Positions 26,408 to 35,186 of a DNA stretch of 54,432 nt are shown in pieces. Both the position numbers and the translations under genes were made by a program. Under the pieces are notes generated by a model. It was not told the DNA's origin. It saw only the letters and a program-made list of their open reading frames with translations, and did not search any database. The DNA is from a virus (lineage: Duplodnaviria > Caudoviricetes), in IMG/VR virus record IMGVR_UViG_3300027777_000047, positions 1 to 54,432 of that record. One strand, given 5' to 3'. Positions within the stretch are counted from its first letter, which is position 1. Every line of letters begins with the position of its first letter.

Positions 26408-27199
26408 ATGGCTACTACTGTCGTTGTACCAACCAAAAGCACTGCTGTTGCAGTGCCGTCGGCTAGCAGGTTTGCGGCGCTCGCTGCGCAAGCCAAACAA
26501 GCCGCCGCCAAAGAGCGCCCCAACCTGAGCAAAATTAGCTTAAAGTCGGGGGTTATAAGCTACGGGGGTCAGCCTGTAAAGGGCAACGTACTGCCGTGCA
26601 TCATACTTGCCGCTAGCTACAAAAACGCCCTGTACAAGGGCCGTTACGACCCCAACAACATTGTTAACCCGAACTGCTTTAGCCTTGCCGAGACCGATGA
26701 CGACATGGTGCCTGACAGCGTTGTTACTAACCCCGAGCACAGCCAGTGCACCGGCTGCCCCAACCGCGAATGGGGCAGCGACCCCAACGGTGGCCGGGGC
26801 AAAGCCTGCAAAGAAACCCGCCGTTTGGTGCTGCTGCCCGCTAGCGTGCTTGACGCCGACGACCCTTTAAAGGCCATTAAAGAGGGCGAGCTTGCTGTGC
26901 TGGACATCCCCGTTATGAGCGTTAAGTTCTACAGCCAGTATGTCAACATACTAGCGGGTAGCATCGGGTTGCCAGCATGGGCCGTAGTTACCGACATTAG
27001 CACCAAGCCCGACCCCAAGAGCCAGTTTGTTGTGCAGTTCCAAGGCATTAAGGCCGCTGGCGGTGACGACATACTAGACGCCCTTGAGGCCCGCCGTAAC
27101 GAGGCCATACGTATTAGCCTAGTTGGCTACGACGCCTCCTCGGACGAGGAGTCTGAGCCCGAGTTGCCTGCTGGCAAAAAAGCTGCCAAGAAGTTTTAA
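26408..27199 (+). CDS. Putative single-stranded DNA binding / annealing protein
   Basis: CTGCPNREWGS...GKACKETRRL motif, acidic tail with terminal Phe; directly upstream of the DNA polymerase. Confidence 0.65.
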   Translation: MATTVVVPTKSTAVAVPSASRFAALAAQAKQAAAKERPNLSKISLKSGVISYGGQPVKGNVLPCIILAASYKNALYKGRYDPNNIVNPNCFSLAETDDDMVPDSVVTNPEHSQCTGCPNREWGSDPNGGRGKACKETRRLVLLPASVLDADDPLKAIKEGELAVLDIPVMSVKFYSQYVNILAGSIGLPAWAVVTDISTKPDPKSQFVVQFQGIKAAGGDDILDALEARRNEAIRISLVGYDASSDEESEPELPAGKKAAKKF

Positions 27200-27206
27200 A
27201 GTTTGT

Positions 27207-27284
27207 ACCCCGTGCCATCGTTAGTCAGTTGCCAAACTCACCGTGGACACTCCCTGCACGGTGCACTTAGGCACGGGGTTTTTT
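27207..27284 (+). terminator. Branched stem-loop with U-tract upstream of the polymerase
   Basis: ACCCCGTGCC (27207-27216) pairs with GGCACGGGGT (27270-27279), followed by a T run; inner CACCGTG/CACGGTG stem. Confidence 0.6.
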
Positions 27285-27347
27285 ACCACATACGGGGGAA
27301 AGCGAATTGCCTTGTGCTGCCGGTACCCCACCCTATTTGGATGTTTA

Positions 27348-29210
27348 ATGCACACCATTGACTTTGAAACAGAAGCTATACGTGGCGCACCCAGCTATAG
27401 CCCGCCCAAGCCCGTGGGCGTGGCACTTAAACGGGGCGTAGACGCGTCAATTTACCTTGCGTGGGGCCACCTTACGGGCAACAATACAACGTGGCCCCTA
27501 GCGCGTGCCGAGGTACTGCGTTTTTTAAAGCAAGCCGACAAAGCCGACGGCTGGCTAGCCCACAACGCCGCCTTTGAAGCCGCCATACTTGAGCACTACT
27601 TTGACTACAAAGCCAAAGACCCACTTATGGTGCACGACACCATGTTTTTACTTTTCCTCACCAACCCTTACGCTATGAGCTTTGGCTTAAAGCAAAGCGC
27701 CGAACGTGAGCTTGGTATGCCCCCCGACGAACAAACCGACCTTATGCACTGGGTGCTGAGCAACGTACCACAAGCCAAACGTAGCGACTGGGGCGCCTAC
27801 ATTAGCAAAGCCCCCGCCGAGCTTTGCGGTGTGTACGCCATTGGCGACACAGACCGTACATTCCTTCTTTACGAGAAGTTATGGCCCCGTATGATGTCCA
27901 TGGGTATGTTAGAGGCCTACCGCCGCGAGCAAAAGCTAAGCCCCATACTTGCAGAATCTACACGGCGTGGTGTGCGGCTTGATATGGATAGGCTCGCCGA
28001 CGACATAGTTATCTACACCGACGCCATGCGGGTTGCGGAACAATATGTACACTCGCGCCTAGGAGAGTTCAATATCGATAGCGATGAGGAGCTAGCTAAT
28101 GCGCTTGACAAAACAGGTATGGTTACGGACTGGGTGCTCACCCCCACAGGTAAACGGTCTACCGCACGCAAAAACCTTGTGGGTAGAGTTAAAGATGCCG
28201 ACCTTTTACATTTTATGGCATATAGAGGTGTTCTGGCTACGTGCCTAGGCACCTTTGCTGGCCCGTGGCTTGAGCAAGCCTTTGCCGAAGGCGGGCGCCT
28301 ACACCCTAGCTGGAACCAAACGCGGGGCGAAAAGGGTAGCGGCGGCGACATGTCCGGCACCAAGACCGGGCGCATGAGCTGCAAAGCACCCAACTTGCAA
28401 AACCCACCTAACGACTTTGAAACCTTGGTGGTGCCCCAGCAAATAGCAGACCTACTACGCCTAGAGGCACAGCGCACCAACCGCATTATACATCCCGTGA
28501 TGCACATGCGACAATACTTGCTGCCTGAGGAGGGCCATGTGTGGATAAAGCGTGACTTTAGCGCACAGGAGATGCGTGTAATGTCCCACTACGCCGAGGG
28601 CAGCTTGTACCAAGCATTTAAAGAAAACCCCAGCACCGACCCCCACGCCGCCGTGATGGCTATTATTAAAGCCCAAACCGGCATGACCATGCTGCGCAAG
28701 CATGTTAAGATTATTGGATTTGGCATTATGTACGGCATGGGCGTTGACAAGCTAGCCGATAGTATGGGAGTCGATAAAGATGAAGGCACAGCCCTCCGCA
28801 ACGCCTATTTCGCTGCTCTTCCCGAAATCAGGGAACTATCGCTTGACACTAGAAATCGCGGTAAACGAGGCGAGTTTATCCGCACTTGGGGCGGACGTGT
28901 CTATTATAGAGAGCCTAACCTCGATAGAGATCTTAGTTACAAGCTGCTCAACTATCTCATACAAGGCAGCAGTGCAGACCAAACCAAGCAGTCTATTATC
29001 GATTACGATAAAGAACGTGCACCAGACGAGGTAATGCTTGCCGCTGTGCATGACGAAATTAACGCTAGCGTCCCCATTGACAACAAGGCCGCTGGTATGG
29101 CTAGACTACAACTAGCAATGGACAAAGACCGTTTTGATGTACCTTTTAGAAGCGAAGGCTATGCTGGCCCCAACTGGGCAGATATTGAAAATTATGAACC
29201 AACAAACTAA
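27348..29210 (+). CDS. polA: Family A DNA polymerase (3'-5' exonuclease plus polymerase)
   Basis: ExoI IDFET, ExoII AHNAAFE, TGRMS...PNLQN, motif A DFSAQEMR, motif B RKHVKIIGFGIMYG, motif C VHDEI. Confidence 0.95.
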   Translation: MHTIDFETEAIRGAPSYSPPKPVGVALKRGVDASIYLAWGHLTGNNTTWPLARAEVLRFLKQADKADGWLAHNAAFEAAILEHYFDYKAKDPLMVHDTMFLLFLTNPYAMSFGLKQSAERELGMPPDEQTDLMHWVLSNVPQAKRSDWGAYISKAPAELCGVYAIGDTDRTFLLYEKLWPRMMSMGMLEAYRREQKLSPILAESTRRGVRLDMDRLADDIVIYTDAMRVAEQYVHSRLGEFNIDSDEELANALDKTGMVTDWVLTPTGKRSTARKNLVGRVKDADLLHFMAYRGVLATCLGTFAGPWLEQAFAEGGRLHPSWNQTRGEKGSGGDMSGTKTGRMSCKAPNLQNPPNDFETLVVPQQIADLLRLEAQRTNRIIHPVMHMRQYLLPEEGHVWIKRDFSAQEMRVMSHYAEGSLYQAFKENPSTDPHAAVMAIIKAQTGMTMLRKHVKIIGFGIMYGMGVDKLADSMGVDKDEGTALRNAYFAALPEIRELSLDTRNRGKRGEFIRTWGGRVYYREPNLDRDLSYKLLNYLIQGSSADQTKQSIIDYDKERAPDEVMLAAVHDEINASVPIDNKAAGMARLQLAMDKDRFDVPFRSEGYAGPNWADIENYEPTN

Positions 29211-29901
29211 CCCGCCCATGCTTGAGCCCGTAAAACTACGGTGGTCTTTTAGCCAATGGGAGACCTACAACGCCTGCCCCGCCAAGTGGAAGTTTGGCAG
29301 CGTTATGAAGCTACCGCGCCAACCCCCCGGCCCCGCCGCTGCCCGTGGACTGGAGGTACACGCCAGTGTTGAAAAATACGTTGTTACCGGCAACCCCGGC
29401 GACCTACACGGCGCTATTAAGAGTAAGTACATACCCGTGTTTGATGAGCTACGAAAACACGAGAACGGCGACATGCACCTTGAAAAGAAGCTGGGCTTCG
29501 ATGTAGACTGGGCGCGGTCCCCACCAGCGGCCAAAACCACTGCCTGCATTGCCATACTTGACGCCGTGCGCTACCGTAACGACGGCGTGGTGCAAGTCTA
29601 TGAGTGGAAAAGCGGTAAGCCCAAAGACACCCACACCGACCAACGCAAGCTATACGCCCTGAGCAGCTTTATTGCTTGGAGGGCCACTAAAGCCGAGGTT
29701 ACTACCTACTACCTAGAAGATACCGAGGTGCCACAAAAGTTGAGCATATCAGCGTCCGGGGCTGAGAAGTTAAAAACCTTGTGGGATGGCCGCATTGCTA
29801 TGATGTTACGCGACGAGTTTTGTGCCCCCAAGCCCAGCTTTGGCTGCGTCTGGTGCGACTTTAGTAAGAAGCGCGGCGGCCCCTGTCGGTTTGGGGCTTA
29901 A
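29194..29901 (+). CDS. PD-(D/E)XK exonuclease (Cas4/RecB-like, four Cys)
   Basis: WSFSQWETYNACP, G-x-x-x-H, D...EWKSGK, Q-x-x-x-Y, C-terminal CxxC...C. Confidence 0.85.
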   Translation: MNQQTNPPMLEPVKLRWSFSQWETYNACPAKWKFGSVMKLPRQPPGPAAARGLEVHASVEKYVVTGNPGDLHGAIKSKYIPVFDELRKHENGDMHLEKKLGFDVDWARSPPAAKTTACIAILDAVRYRNDGVVQVYEWKSGKPKDTHTDQRKLYALSSFIAWRATKAEVTTYYLEDTEVPQKLSISASGAEKLKTLWDGRIAMMLRDEFCAPKPSFGCVWCDFSKKRGGPCRFGA

Positions 29902-30203
29902 TGCTTGAAAAAACAATTGAGCGCGCAGTGTGCACGTGGGCAAACACCCACGGCATACTAGCCATAAAATTTACGCCAGATGGGTCTACCGGCTGGCCTG
30001 ACCGTATTTTCCTTTACAAAGGGAAAGTTCTATTTATTGAATTCAAAGCTCCGGGTAAGGCCGAGCGCCCCGCGCAAGCACACCGCCGACAGCAGTTGCA
30101 AGCGCAGGGGTTTACTTCTGAGGTACATAACGATGTGGACACCGCAATCCAAGCCCTACACGCCGCGTTCTTTCCAAGAGACGGGGATACGCCTAGGCAT
30201 TAG
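29901..30203 (+). CDS. VRR-NUC domain nuclease
   Basis: MLEKTIE...GWPDRIFL...FIEFKAPG...Q. Confidence 0.9.
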   Translation: MLEKTIERAVCTWANTHGILAIKFTPDGSTGWPDRIFLYKGKVLFIEFKAPGKAERPAQAHRRQQLQAQGFTSEVHNDVDTAIQALHAAFFPRDGDTPRH

Positions 30204-31536
30204 TCAAGCAGCAGCGGGCTTTTTGCTAGACCCCGGCCTTGGCAAAACCACCATAGCCTACGCCATAATCAGTATTCTCTTAGAGAAGAGAATGATTAAG
30301 AAAACGCTTGTAGTATGTCCACTAAAACCCGCGTACAACGTGTGGCCCAAACAGCACAAGACGTGGAACGAATTTAAACACCTACGCGTCTGCGTGCTGC
30401 ACGGCAAGAACAAGCAAGCGTTGCTTGAGAGTGACGACTACGACGTTTACGTGATAAACCCCGAGGGTCTACCGTGGTTATTTGGCGTGGTGGGCAACAA
30501 GCCCGCCCCCGCCCGCATGACCCTTGTGCGCAATAAATTTGACGTGCTATTTGTTGACGAGAGTACTAAGTTTAAAGACACCAGCACCAACCGTTTTAAA
30601 CTGATACGCAATGTGGTAGGTATGTTCAACCGTAGGTACATACTTACAGGCACACTCAACCCCACCGGGCTTGAAGACATATTTGGGCAGACTTACTTGC
30701 TTGACGAGGGGGCTGCGCTAGGGCGGTTCATAACCGCGTACAGGGCAAGGTACTTTCACCAAAAGCCGTGGGACAAATACACCCACTACCCCAACGACGG
30801 CGCATTTGAGGCCGTCTGCGAGCGCATTTCCCCGTACATGCTAAGGGTGTCCCGTGCGGAGATAACAGACTTGCCCGCCTTGCTGCTTGACGACAGATAC
30901 ATTGACCTACCCGCCCCCGCGCAAGCGATGTATACCGCTGCCGAGGACGACTTGATTATGCGCTTAGAGGCCAATGTTATTGTAGCCGCCAACGCAGCAG
31001 TAGCGTCAAGCAAGTGCAGGCAGATAGCCAACGGTTTTGTGTACGACAATATGGGGGTAGCCCACCACATACACGACCAAAAGCTAGAGGCCCTTAAAGA
31101 CCTTATTGAAGAGCTTGCTGGCGAGCCCTTGATTGTAACTTATGAGTTCCAAGAAGACCGTGACTTGTTGATGCGGGAGTTAAACGTACCATCAATATCT
31201 ACAGGCAACACCAAGAAAGACGACGAGACTATTGAGCGGTTTAGGCGTGGAGCATTCCCGGTAGTGTTGGGCAGTACAGCGTCCATATCACTAGGGATTG
31301 ACGGCCTACAAGACGTGTGCGGACACATGGCTATGTTCGGTGTTACTTGGAAACTGATTGACTACTTGCAGGTTATTGACCGCATACGGCGACAAGGCAG
31401 CACGCATGCGTCGGTAATCATACACCGCATACTGGCTCGCGACACCGTTGACGAGCGCGTTGTGCGCAAACTAGACGAGCGTGAGGGTGAGATGATTGAC
31501 TTTATGGAGCTTCTGCAAGAGATGCGCCAACGTTAG
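30133..31536 (+). CDS. SNF2-like DNA helicase
   Basis: DPGLGKT, VDESTKFK, LTGT, GIDGLQ and RIRRQG motifs. Confidence 0.9.
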   Translation: MWTPQSKPYTPRSFQETGIRLGISQAAAGFLLDPGLGKTTIAYAIISILLEKRMIKKTLVVCPLKPAYNVWPKQHKTWNEFKHLRVCVLHGKNKQALLESDDYDVYVINPEGLPWLFGVVGNKPAPARMTLVRNKFDVLFVDESTKFKDTSTNRFKLIRNVVGMFNRRYILTGTLNPTGLEDIFGQTYLLDEGAALGRFITAYRARYFHQKPWDKYTHYPNDGAFEAVCERISPYMLRVSRAEITDLPALLLDDRYIDLPAPAQAMYTAAEDDLIMRLEANVIVAANAAVASSKCRQIANGFVYDNMGVAHHIHDQKLEALKDLIEELAGEPLIVTYEFQEDRDLLMRELNVPSISTGNTKKDDETIERFRRGAFPVVLGSTASISLGIDGLQDVCGHMAMFGVTWKLIDYLQVIDRIRRQGSTHASVIIHRILARDTVDERVVRKLDEREGEMIDFMELLQEMRQR

Positions 31537-31540
31537 AGTT

Positions 31541-31556
31541 TATAGCACGCTATACT
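31541..31556 (+). promoter_or_regulatory. Promoter element TATAGCACGCTATACT
   Basis: Copy of the conserved motif upstream of the glycosylase gene. Confidence 0.7.
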
Positions 31557-31586
31557 GTACGCACCCCCACCAAAACAGGCATACAA

Positions 31587-32090
31587 ATGAATATCTTCTT
31601 CTTAGATCGGTGTCCATTCACCGCTGCGCGGCATCAACATGACAAGCATGTTGTAAAGATGTGCTTAGAGACCGCGCAAATCCTGTGCACCGTGGGACAT
31701 AGCGTAGGCGCGCAAGTGCCCTACAAACCCACGCACGCAAAGCACCCATCTGTACTATGGGCAGGCGCAAACTGCCATAACTTTGAATGGCTTGTTGACC
31801 ATGGCCTTGGCTTGTGTGATGAATACACTCACCGCTACGGCAAAGTGCATGCTTGCCAGCGCGTTATTGATGACTTGCAGCACGTAGGTAGACTGCTGCC
31901 CTTTACTTTGTGGACCGACCCCCCACAGTGCATGCCCCCCGAATACCAATGCCCCAACGACCCCGTTTTGGCTTACCGCACCTACTACATTCAGTGCAAA
32001 ATTAGCCAGTCTAAATGGACTAACCGCGAGCCCCCATACTTCGTATTAGATTCCCTACTGCCCAGCACGGGAATTAAAAGCATGGTATAA
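31587..32090 (+). CDS. Pyrimidine-dimer DNA glycosylase family protein
   Basis: MNIFFLD...DKHVVKMCLETAQILCT...YKPTHAKHPSVLWA...EYTHRYGKVH...AYRTYY. Confidence 0.8.
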   Translation: MNIFFLDRCPFTAARHQHDKHVVKMCLETAQILCTVGHSVGAQVPYKPTHAKHPSVLWAGANCHNFEWLVDHGLGLCDEYTHRYGKVHACQRVIDDLQHVGRLLPFTLWTDPPQCMPPEYQCPNDPVLAYRTYYIQCKISQSKWTNREPPYFVLDSLLPSTGIKSMV

Positions 32091-32091
32091 T
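32083..32091 (+). promoter_or_regulatory. Extended -10 promoter for the modification operon
   Basis: TGGTATAAT followed by an ~80-nt hairpin-containing leader and AGGA RBS. Confidence 0.55.
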
Positions 32092-32171
32092 TTACTCAAC
32101 CCCTAGAGCATTGGGGGCAAGCAAATTAGTGGTAAAGATGCTCCTTTACTGCGTTGTTTTTAGGAATTCAA

Positions 32172-32639
32172 ATGGCAAAAACCAAGTCTGCCCCCAAAGC
32201 CACCACCAAGCTCAATCCTAGCATCATCGCTACTAAGGCTATCATCAAAGCCTCCGTTGCCGAAAAAGCCAAGACCCGTGCCGGTGTGCGTGGACCCAAG
32301 GGCGTTGCACTGACCTCTGTAATCACGTTGCTCGCGGGTGCAAACCCCAAACGTCCTACCAGCAAAGCCTACGAGCGCTTTGCCGCCTATAAGGACGGCC
32401 TTACCGTGCAACAAGCACTGGACAGCGGCCTTACCACTCCCGATCTAGCCTACGACGCAGCCCACGGCTACATTGCTATTGAGGGCTATGCTGCGGAACT
32501 GGTTGTTAAAAAAGAGCGCCCAGTTAAAGAACCCAAAGCACCAAAGGCTAAGCGGGTGAAAGCTGAAAAAGTAACAGCCGTGGCTACCGAAGCGCAAAGC
32601 GAGTTGGAAGCCGCCACTGTAGAAGAGACCATCGACTAA
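32172..32639 (+). CDS. Basic putative DNA-binding protein (155 aa)
   Basis: Lys/Ala-rich arms around a compact NPKRPTSKAYERFAAYKDGLTV...DLAYDAAHGYI domain; first gene of the modification cluster. Confidence 0.7.
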   Translation: MAKTKSAPKATTKLNPSIIATKAIIKASVAEKAKTRAGVRGPKGVALTSVITLLAGANPKRPTSKAYERFAAYKDGLTVQQALDSGLTTPDLAYDAAHGYIAIEGYAAELVVKKERPVKEPKAPKAKRVKAEKVTAVATEAQSELEAATVEETID

Positions 32640-32643
32640 GAAG

Positions 32644-33411
32644 ATGCAAATCTTCATCCCCACCTATGGGCGGGCAGGTAGCCAGACTACCTACCGAGCA
32701 CTGGTGGGGGCGGGCCTTATAGTCACGCTCGTGGTCCAAGACCGCGAGCGTGATTTGTATTGTGCCTACCCCCACGTAGAAGTGCTACCGCCGCATATAC
32801 AAACCATTGCGCCCACGCGCCAATACATATTGGACCACTTAGTGCACTCGCGCACGTTTTGCATGGTAGACGACGACTTAGTGTTTTACGCCCGCCGCAC
32901 TGACGACCCCACCAAGCTACGTGACATCACCCCCACCGAGCTAGCGGCTGCATTTGCAGACATGGGGATGCACCTCAACTTGCCCGGCGTGGCGCATGTG
33001 GGTTTTGCCGCCCGCGAAGGCGCTAACCGCAATGTTGCCGAGTACTTGGATAACACGCGCATTATGCGAGTACTAGGCTACCACGCGCCCACGCTGACCC
33101 ATTTAGGGCTTAAGTTTGACGCCATGGAGGTGATGGAGGACTTTCACGTAGCACTTAGCCTGCTAGAGGCTGGCTACAGCAACCGGCTTATGAACCACTA
33201 CGCCCACAACCAAAAAGGGTCCGGCACTGCGGGGGGTTGCTCACACTTCCGTACACCGGAACTACACGCCAAAAACGCACACTTGTTGGCTGCGCTGCAC
33301 CCCGATGTGGTGAAAGTAGTGCAAAAAGAAACCAAGGGCGCATGGGGCGGGGGCACCCGCACAGACGTCAACATTCAATGGAAGAAGGCATATGGTAAAC
33401 GCACTAGCTAG
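32644..33411 (+). CDS. GT-A glycosyltransferase, GREB1/TET-associated (TAGT)-like DNA base glycosyltransferase
   Basis: IFIPTYGRA, IAPTRQYI, MVDDDL (DxD), MEDFHVAL, GGCSHFRT, IQWKKAY. Confidence 0.8.
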   Translation: MQIFIPTYGRAGSQTTYRALVGAGLIVTLVVQDRERDLYCAYPHVEVLPPHIQTIAPTRQYILDHLVHSRTFCMVDDDLVFYARRTDDPTKLRDITPTELAAAFADMGMHLNLPGVAHVGFAAREGANRNVAEYLDNTRIMRVLGYHAPTLTHLGLKFDAMEVMEDFHVALSLLEAGYSNRLMNHYAHNQKGSGTAGGCSHFRTPELHAKNAHLLAALHPDVVKVVQKETKGAWGGGTRTDVNIQWKKAYGKRTS

Positions 33412-34216
33412 CTACCCCCGCACCAGTGACCTTGCGTACTGGATAAACGAACGCGAGTCTATACGCCTGCGCAGACAAGCCGGTGCACCCGCCCCTTGGA
33501 CCATTGACCCCGACATGGCTAATGTGAGGTATTGCAATGTACATCGTGAAGACGATAAGGTTACTAAGTGGCTTCGTACTAACCCTGTGTATAGCGGCCC
33601 TGACGTTGCTGTTTGGCGCGTTGTGCTTAGCCGCATGGTCAACCGTATTAGCAGCTTGGAGGCTATTCAACTCTACGCTGAAGAGGATAGTTTGGTGGAC
33701 ATAAAAGCTATGCTAAAAGAGCTGCGCAAGCGTTGGACTATCTGGGGCAATGCGTACACCATAAGCACCTGCGGTAAGAGCATGGACAAAGTGGACTACG
33801 TACTTGACCACGTAGTTGCTGCTGTTAAACAGCGAGCGTTTATTTTTGACACCCTTGACAGTACACATCAACAACTAATGCGGGTTGACGGCCTTGGCAG
33901 TTTTTTGGCCGGCCAAGTGGTGGCAGACCTTAAAAACATGCCGGGGCATCCGCTAAGCGCAGCACCCGACTTTGACACCTTTGCAGTGCCCGGTCCGGGT
34001 AGCCTAAAGGGGCTTGCGGCATACTTTGGGGGGGTAGCTACACCGGGGCAGTTTAAAGCCCTGCTGGGCACCGCCACGGCCCAAGTGGCACCCCTGTTGG
34101 CAAATTACGTAACCCCCATACACGCACAGGACATGCAAAACTGTTTTTGTGAATTTAGTAAGTACATCCGCGTGCGCGAAGGCGGTAGAGCAAGGAACAA
34201 CTATGCACCTAATTAA
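33392..34216 (+). CDS. 5-hmdU DNA kinase-like protein (aGPT-Pplase1 / HMUDK helical family)
   Basis: WINERESIRLRR..G...PWT.DP...YCNVHREDDKVT, GLGSFLAGQVVADL, PGPGSLKGL, MQNCFCEFSKY. Confidence 0.85.
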   Translation: MVNALASYPRTSDLAYWINERESIRLRRQAGAPAPWTIDPDMANVRYCNVHREDDKVTKWLRTNPVYSGPDVAVWRVVLSRMVNRISSLEAIQLYAEEDSLVDIKAMLKELRKRWTIWGNAYTISTCGKSMDKVDYVLDHVVAAVKQRAFIFDTLDSTHQQLMRVDGLGSFLAGQVVADLKNMPGHPLSAAPDFDTFAVPGPGSLKGLAAYFGGVATPGQFKALLGTATAQVAPLLANYVTPIHAQDMQNCFCEFSKYIRVREGGRARNNYAPN

Positions 34217-35186
34217 AGTACGGAACATTAACCAAGCCGTTGACGAGGGCTTTAACTGGCTTAAAGTAGCCGGTGTGGACGAACCCAGCCGCAACGGCAC
34301 CGTGCGGGTGGCTCCCGGCCCGGTAGTTACCGAGTACACACACCCCACCGAGCGTGTGCTTTTTAACACAGACCGAGATGCTAACCCCGTGTTCCACTTA
34401 CTAGAGTCTTTGTGGATGTTGGCGGGGCGGCAGGACAGCGGCTTTTTACTACCCTACAACGCCCGCATGGCCGAATACGCCGAGCCTAATGGCGATATCC
34501 ACGGGGCCTACGGCTACCGCTGGCGCAACATGTTTGGCATAGACCAAGTGTTAGAAATTGTGCACGAGCTACGCAAATCGCCCAGCAGTAGACAGTGCGT
34601 TATGCAGATGTGGTCTGCTACGGCCGACCTTGGCTGTACCGCTAAAGACCGCCCCTGCAACACGCACATCTATTTTGACACTAGACCCTGCGCTACCGGC
34701 GCACGTAGCTTAAACATGACCGTGTGCTGCCGCAGTAACGACGCTCTTTGGGGTGCCTACGGCGCTAACGCGGTGCACTTTAGCGTGTTGCAAGAACTTA
34801 TGGCGCTGGGCATTGGAGTGCCCGTGGGCGTGTACAGACAGTTTAGCAATAACTTCCACGCATATACATCGGTGCCTTTAGCGGCGCAGTGGTTAAAGCA
34901 CCCCCCGGCATACGAACCCACCGCCTACCCACCCGTAATACCGTTGTTGACACCATTAGAAACGATTGAAGACTTTTACATGGACTGCCGTGCCTTGTGC
35001 AACCCACGCGCCGTGCAGACGTATGTAACTAACTTCTTTAACCAAGTGGTAGTGCCCTTAAAAACCGCCTACGACGCCCGCAAACTAGGTGCCCGCACTT
35101 GGCGCTTGCAGCTAGACCACATGCCCCACTGCGACTGGAAGGTGGCCTTTATTGAATGGACCGAGAGGAGACAACATGTCAGCTAA
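34203..35186 (+). CDS. Thymidylate synthase homologue, probable dUMP hydroxymethylase
   Basis: SRNG, RDANPVFHLLESLWMLAG, GAYGYRWR, catalytic DRPCN, RSNDALWGAYGANAVHFS (Asn at the dUMP-specificity position), NFHAY; flanked by the hmdU kinase-like gene. Confidence 0.85.
   Translation: MHLIKVRNINQAVDEGFNWLKVAGVDEPSRNGTVRVAPGPVVTEYTHPTERVLFNTDRDANPVFHLLESLWMLAGRQDSGFLLPYNARMAEYAEPNGDIHGAYGYRWRNMFGIDQVLEIVHELRKSPSSRQCVMQMWSATADLGCTAKDRPCNTHIYFDTRPCATGARSLNMTVCCRSNDALWGAYGANAVHFSVLQELMALGIGVPVGVYRQFSNNFHAYTSVPLAAQWLKHPPAYEPTAYPPVIPLLTPLETIEDFYMDCRALCNPRAVQTYVTNFFNQVVVPLKTAYDARKLGARTWRLQLDHMPHCDWKVAFIEWTERRQHVS

Noticed and set aside
29194-29901. Cas4 as part of a CRISPR system
   Set aside because: Stand-alone PD-(D/E)XK exonuclease in the usual polA / VRR-NUC / SNF2 replication module.
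34203-35186. dCMP hydroxymethylase (T4-like glucosyl-hmC pathway)
   Set aside because: The specificity position reads Asn (GANAVHF), not the Asp of dCMP-modifying enzymes, and the neighbour is an hmdU kinase-like gene.
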